From Bacteroidota bacterium (lineage in GTDB: Bacteria; Bacteroidota; Bacteroidia; Sphingobacteriales; Sphingobacteriaceae), in contig JAZKCT010000055.1 in NCBI GenBank assembly GCA_040387995.1, positions 5,372 through 69,371 on the forward strand: a stretch of DNA of 64,000 nucleotides, read 5' to 3'. The notes beneath the pieces are model-generated. The model saw only the letters and a list, made by a program, of their open reading frames with translations. It was not told the origin of the DNA and did no database searches. The translations under genes and the position numbers were made by a program. This document shows positions 59,746 to 64,000 of this stretch, one piece after another (the first letter of the stretch is position 1; every line of letters starts with the position of its first letter).

Positions 59746-60192
59746 TTGAAATATTTTCGGGATAATTTCGTTCTGCAATTACCAACTTTAATGAAATTAC
59801 AGATGTCCAGTGGTTTGAAAACTTGTGAATGGTGTAATAAAATACTGCATGGCCGCTCGGACCAGCGTTTTTGCAATGATGCATGTAGGAATACCTACAA
59901 CAGGGAAAAAAGGCAGTTTGAAAAAATTCAGATGCATCCCAATGCCCCGGAAATATTCAGGGTTTTAAAAACGAATTACGAAATACTTAAAAAGGGAATA
60001 CCCGGTCAGGTACCATATTTTAGAGGCTCAAAATGCGATACAGAAGTCTTTATGAAAAGTGGCATTAACCTTAAATTTTACACCAGTTCATTTAATGATT
60101 CAAATCAATGGTTTTGTGTGTTTGATTATTGCTATTCGATAAAAGGTGATGAAACCCGAATCATTTGTATTGAAGAGCAGGCGGATTTATGA
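59746..60192 (+). CDS. Zn-ribbon hypothetical protein (DUF2116-like); true start probably downstream
   Basis: CEWCNKILHGRSDQRFCNDACRNTYNREK motif. Confidence 0.75.
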   Translation: MKYFRDNFVLQLPTLMKLQMSSGLKTCEWCNKILHGRSDQRFCNDACRNTYNREKRQFEKIQMHPNAPEIFRVLKTNYEILKKGIPGQVPYFRGSKCDTEVFMKSGINLKFYTSSFNDSNQWFCVFDYCYSIKGDETRIICIEEQADL

Positions 60193-60277
60193 AAGTCAAT
60201 TGTACGACATAAATTATGATGGTGGTAGTATGCGAATTGTACAATATGTATGTTTGGGGTTGCATACCGCACGTTTC

Positions 60278-60661
60278 TTAAACACGTTCAGCAACAGCGA
60301 ACGCTAAAGTTAAAATTTCAGAATGTGTGATAGTAACATGCCATTTGTTGATACCGAATTTGTCACTGAGGGTTTTGACTTTTCCTGAAAGTTTTACCTC
60401 CGGCTGGCCGTTTGGAGAGCGAATGATATCAATGTCTTTAAGGGAAATGTCATCCTGCATTCCCGTTCCAAGGCACTTTAATATCGCCTCTTTTGCAGCG
60501 AAACGCCCCGCAATGAAATTGTCTTTAGAAGCGTGTGCATGAAATAGCGCTAATTCACTTTCTGACAGGATCCTGCTAGGAAAATTACCCTGTGTGTCCC
60601 AGGCAAGTAATTTGCTGTTTTGGTCGTGTTGAACAATATCACTTCCGATTCCAATGATCAT
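60278..60661 (-). CDS. acpS: AcpS-type 4'-phosphopantetheinyl transferase (holo-ACP synthase)
   Basis: MIIGIGSDIV, AGRFAAKEAILKCLGTG, NGQPEVKL, VTITHS motifs. Confidence 0.88.
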   Translation of the reverse strand: MIIGIGSDIVQHDQNSKLLAWDTQGNFPSRILSESELALFHAHASKDNFIAGRFAAKEAILKCLGTGMQDDISLKDIDIIRSPNGQPEVKLSGKVKTLSDKFGINKWHVTITHSEILTLAFAVAERV

Positions 60662-60672
60662 GGGACAGGCAA

Positions 60673-61263
60673 TTAATTTATTGCCAGGTAATCGATTTCT
60701 TTTGTTAAAAGATTAAAGTTGACACGACCGCCTCCATTATTTATTAACAACCGGAACATATCATAAGCTTTTAAAATAGCCTTTTCCCATTCTTTGGAAG
60801 TACGTGCGTTGACTTCAAAATTCTCAGTCATTTCCTTAACGATTCGTAGCGTCGTACGTGATACTTTAGAAGCGCCCTCAAAATACTTTTTACGCTTTGC
60901 CTCATTAAAAATGACCATAGATAGCGCTTCTTCTGTTATAGTTGCCCTTGCTCCATCTTCAATTTCATCTAGTAAGACATCGCTTTTGCGCTTACGCTTC
61001 ATCATGGCACGGGTACAAGGTGACCAGCCAAGCAGGGTAGCAAAGGTGTAGTGAAAAATATCGTGATAACGGTAGAAATCATTGCTGTAAGCATTATCAT
61101 TGATGACATCCCCAATCTGCTCATCGTCATTGAGTACAACACGCACTTCTTCCCTGATCCCATTTCCTACCTCATAAAAAGAGACAGAAAAGGACCGCGG
61201 GATTTGTTCCTCAGGCTTACAGCCTGCATCAAAATAACTATTTTGCTTTTTTGATCGTGTCAT
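60673..61263 (-). CDS. Stand-alone MazG C-terminal (MazG_C) domain protein
   Basis: EQIPRSF, IGD.INDNAY..D.YRYHDIFH...A.LLGWSP..RAMMKRKRKS...DEIEDGARA.ITEEALS; no N-terminal MazG helical domain. Confidence 0.75.
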   Translation of the reverse strand: MTRSKKQNSYFDAGCKPEEQIPRSFSVSFYEVGNGIREEVRVVLNDDEQIGDVINDNAYSNDFYRYHDIFHYTFATLLGWSPCTRAMMKRKRKSDVLLDEIEDGARATITEEALSMVIFNEAKRKKYFEGASKVSRTTLRIVKEMTENFEVNARTSKEWEKAILKAYDMFRLLINNGGGRVNFNLLTKEIDYLAIN

Positions 61264-62092
61264 TTTTTATTTCGTTAGCTAATATACTATCTATTTTTTG
61301 AACCAGAACCTTATCAGTTAATGTTTTACGTATTTCGGTGATAACTTCCTCTGTTGATTCTTTAGATTTTCTGCCATCCGCGAATCCCCGGTCATAGGCT
61401 ACCCAATCCCAACCTAACTTTAAAGCTATCGCAATAAAAAGGCCAATGATAATTTTATATAACCAGTCGTTGCGATCTTTTTTCTCGTCTGATTTTACAA
61501 TCTTTTCAGAAAGGGATTGTTCAACGGCTACAATTTTATCTAACAGAGCTTTTGGCGAAGTCAGTTCTCCCCGTTTTAAAAACTCAATATATTTTGGCGG
61601 AATATGATCGAGTTTTTTAAAATGATCGTTGTTGTCATTGTAAGCTTCATCTTCGCTTAGTTCATGCTTCATCTCCGCAAACCAAATCGGGAAATAAGGT
61701 TCGCCAAAATTAAGTACAATTGTAGAAGGCCCTGCATTGTATACAGAAAATAGCAAATGGTCATTGAAACCAGGGTCAACATGAAAACCAGATACGTTAA
61801 TGAGACCCTTTAGCTTTTCTCCGGCTTTGATAGAAATAAAGGCAATTTTGTCTTTTGGAATACTGACCTTTTCTTTTGTTAGCAACAAGGCAAACTGTCC
61901 TGGATTGATATCAATCTGCCGGTCGTCTTTATCCAATGTTTCTACCTTTCCTGTCTTAGAGTCAGTGAGGTAAACTTCTTTGCCAAGGGATAATTCATAC
62001 GCGCCGTTTTTTACCCTTCGGGCATCAAATGGATCTATCACGTTTGATGTTGTTTGTAAGACCAGTAATTCTTTTACACCTAAAAATGCCAT
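61238..62092 (-). CDS. dCTP deaminase/dUTPase-fold protein with substituted deaminase residues and a C-terminal TM helix
   Basis: AYELSLG, INPGQFALLLT.E.V, GLINVSGFHVDPGF, VYNAG; hydrophobic WLYKIIIGLFIAIALKLGWDWV near the C-terminus. Confidence 0.8.
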   Translation of the reverse strand: MAFLGVKELLVLQTTSNVIDPFDARRVKNGAYELSLGKEVYLTDSKTGKVETLDKDDRQIDINPGQFALLLTKEKVSIPKDKIAFISIKAGEKLKGLINVSGFHVDPGFNDHLLFSVYNAGPSTIVLNFGEPYFPIWFAEMKHELSEDEAYNDNNDHFKKLDHIPPKYIEFLKRGELTSPKALLDKIVAVEQSLSEKIVKSDEKKDRNDWLYKIIIGLFIAIALKLGWDWVAYDRGFADGRKSKESTEEVITEIRKTLTDKVLVQKIDSILANEIKNDTIKKAK

Positions 62093-62133
62093 CTCTATTA
62101 ATTTTTATTTATTTCAATCAGTCATCTATTACC

Positions 62134-63222
62134 TCAGTCCAATATTTCTATCAACCGCGGAGCCTGCTGTATCCTGTGGTTAATTCCCCATTTTGGCGGG
62201 AACCAGTAATCAATTTTTGAGGCGTTGCTCCGAAATTTCTGCTTAATGTTTACCCGTTCACTTGCTCCTTTGATGTCAGGATGTTTCACTCTGGCATATT
62301 TGTCCACTTCACAAAATAAATTCTGACAATCTATCAACTGCAGCTTTCTAGTCCAAAGATCTTTAAACTCTAAACCCAGACGTTCGAACTCCCGTTCCTG
62401 GCTATCGGTCATCAGTTTAATAATCTCCACATTATTCAGTCCCCCAGTATTGGAAAAACATTTACTGATTCCTCCTTTTGCGCCAGGACCTGGCACAACA
62501 AAAGATGATTCAGAAAAATCAGTTAGGGTAGAATAATTGATGTCAATTACCAACTGATAAGCCAGGAAGTCTCCAAGTCCAGGAAACCTTTTGATCAATT
62601 CAAACGCATGTTGCATATTCTTGGCAGTAACCAGATGCTCATGCGTATCCTCTGCAATCATGAACTCGATTAACTTAAGGTGGTTGGAGTGCTTTCTGGT
62701 ATAACCAAAATAAGAGCCTCCTGACGGCATGATGTAAGCAGCCGAATAGATTCGCTCGCCGGCCAACATGGCTATCGTTAAGATCTTATCATAAGCTTCA
62801 AAATTATAGTCTTCGAAAGTTATCGTTCCAAATTCTGCAAGAAGTAACTCCCAGGTATCTATTTTGTTGAATAGCTTAAATACTAAAATGCGGAAAAGTA
62901 TTTCCTTAGGTGTATTTGGAAACTGATCATTGTAGATCACGTTTTTAATGAGGTATTGACTGACCCTATCCGCTGCCCGATACGCATTTGTAAACTTGTA
63001 TTTATTTAAAATATCGTCATCTGACCAGGGTGCACTCAGACCGTTAAACCTGTTAAAAAATGCTTCCTGGCGCAGTGCAGCAAACTTCCAATAAGAGATG
63101 TATACGTCCGTAACAATAGCAGGAGCAAGAGAAACATGAATATTTATCGTATGCCCGGTAGTGTTTGCTGCCGGGGCTGTAGTTGATTTACTTTCTTTGT
63201 TTTGTTTTGTCATGACCTGCAA
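62134..63222 (-). CDS. 5-hydroxymethyl-dU DNA kinase-like protein (aGPT-Pplase clade 1 / helical domain family)
   Basis: YWKFAALRQ..F, W.DD.IL..YKFTNAYRAADRVSQY, FKLFNK..TW, YSAAY, FPGLGDFLAYQ..ID.NY, GPGA.GG, LIDCQNLFCEVDKYAR. Confidence 0.8.
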   Translation of the reverse strand: MQVMTKQNKESKSTTAPAANTTGHTINIHVSLAPAIVTDVYISYWKFAALRQEAFFNRFNGLSAPWSDDDILNKYKFTNAYRAADRVSQYLIKNVIYNDQFPNTPKEILFRILVFKLFNKIDTWELLLAEFGTITFEDYNFEAYDKILTIAMLAGERIYSAAYIMPSGGSYFGYTRKHSNHLKLIEFMIAEDTHEHLVTAKNMQHAFELIKRFPGLGDFLAYQLVIDINYSTLTDFSESSFVVPGPGAKGGISKCFSNTGGLNNVEIIKLMTDSQEREFERLGLEFKDLWTRKLQLIDCQNLFCEVDKYARVKHPDIKGASERVNIKQKFRSNASKIDYWFPPKWGINHRIQQAPRLIEILD

Positions 63223-63231
63223 AGATAACCG

Positions 63232-63978
63232 CTATAGAATAGAACTTAAATTAATTCTGTCCAATAAATCCTTGGCAGATGTCTTTCCCAGATTGTCCAG
63301 TTGTTCCACCCCGATAAAGCAATTCAACCGCTCGAATTCAAGACCAGTTTCCTGGGCGATAAATTTTCCTAGATTGATCAGTCCCAGCCAATTTCCGTAG
63401 GCCCGGCGGTAAAAAAACTGAATCGCATAAAAACTATTCAGCACCAGGCCACCTGTTTCTGATTTGTAAAATGTAACATGCTGAAGGCAGGGGAATCTCT
63501 GGTATGGGCCGTTGGTATGGTCCTGTTCAGGATCAAAGATTGATGCCTGGAGCTTGGATCTCCGTTTATTAGTGGTGCTTAAAATAGAGGTAATGATCAT
63601 CTCCAGCTGGTTGATCGGCTGTCCAGCATTTTGATAAGCGATCATTCTTTGGAAATAAGTACCCTTGTGATTACTGGAATCTATGCGCCTGATACGTTGA
63701 TAATTTCGCATATATTGGTCGTACAGTTCATGGCGATCCCATCCGCAAAACTGATAAAGGGATTGCGGGAAAATTGTTTCTGAAACAGTTTGTATCGATG
63801 GTAAATCGTGACTGGCCAGATCAGCATCCAACAATTCCCGAACATCTGAAGATTCCACAAAGTCAGTAAGGGTCAATAATAGTGGACTAATTTCTTTTCC
63901 AGAGTTACTCACCAGCGTATTCAGTACTTCAGTCCAGGCTTCTGATAAATTGGTGTTTTTAATAAATAATGGTTCCAT
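63232..63978 (-). CDS. Divergent thymidylate synthase-fold protein (dUMP hydroxymethylase-like)
   Basis: TVSETIFP, GTYFQRM, ASIFDP, FPCL catalytic-Cys motif, AYGNW equivalent of the TS PFN motif. Confidence 0.75.
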   Translation of the reverse strand: MEPLFIKNTNLSEAWTEVLNTLVSNSGKEISPLLLTLTDFVESSDVRELLDADLASHDLPSIQTVSETIFPQSLYQFCGWDRHELYDQYMRNYQRIRRIDSSNHKGTYFQRMIAYQNAGQPINQLEMIITSILSTTNKRRSKLQASIFDPEQDHTNGPYQRFPCLQHVTFYKSETGGLVLNSFYAIQFFYRRAYGNWLGLINLGKFIAQETGLEFERLNCFIGVEQLDNLGKTSAKDLLDRINLSSIL

Positions 63979-64000
63979 AAATTGCTAATCTAGATCGTTT

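Noticed and set aside
61238-62092. Match to the known single-gene anti-phage dCTP deaminase
   Set aside because: That defence enzyme is a zinc-dependent CMP/dCMP-deaminase-fold protein (HAE...PCxxC) fused to a kinase domain; this ORF has the trimeric dUTPase-like Dcd fold and no such motif.
60278-63978. Interpretation as a prophage DNA-modification module
   Set aside because: No phage structural, terminase, polymerase or integrase genes are in the window, and the neighbours are ICE-like. It cannot be fully excluded because the locus runs off the edge.

Overview
The window looks like a Bacteroidota (Sphingobacteriaceae, Pedobacter-like) chromosomal segment. That assignment is inferred from gene content, TAnnTTTG-type promoters and gliding/T9SS genes. 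1-37.5 kb is mostly core genome: the 3' end of gldN, uvrC, PBP1A, a SprE/PorW-like TPR lipoprotein, atpI-BEFHAG, ruvC, glycosyltransferases, rnhB, gcvT, gldB, nadE, lnt, rsmI, serS, lspA, a DksA-like gene and ileS (with a swapped GIHH signature motif). REP-like palindromes are interspersed. 38-47 kb holds a complete eboABCDEF cluster followed by a Tat-exported phospholipase C, plus a riboswitch-like leader before a small membrane ORF. After fabV and a thioesterase, two degenerate tRNA-end/att-like scars at about 50.4 kb precede an accessory region. It contains a fecR-TonB receptor-ECF sigma module, an ICE/plasmid leading-region-like cassette (DUF932, small ORFs, a large ssDNA-type stem-loop, a PUR-RadC_N fusion) and, at the right edge, a tight five-gene minus-strand operon. 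That operon is the best candidate for an undescribed system: a divergent thymidylate-synthase-fold protein, a 5-hmdU DNA kinase-like protein, a dCTP-deaminase/dUTPase-fold protein lacking the deaminase catalytic residues and fused to a membrane helix, a stand-alone MazG_C domain, and an AcpS-type phosphopantetheinyl transferase. It may be a pyrimidine-modification or nucleotide-signalling (anti-phage) system and probably continues beyond the window. No CRISPR array, rRNA, intact tRNA, integrase or transposase was seen. All family calls come from motif recognition by eye, not database searches.
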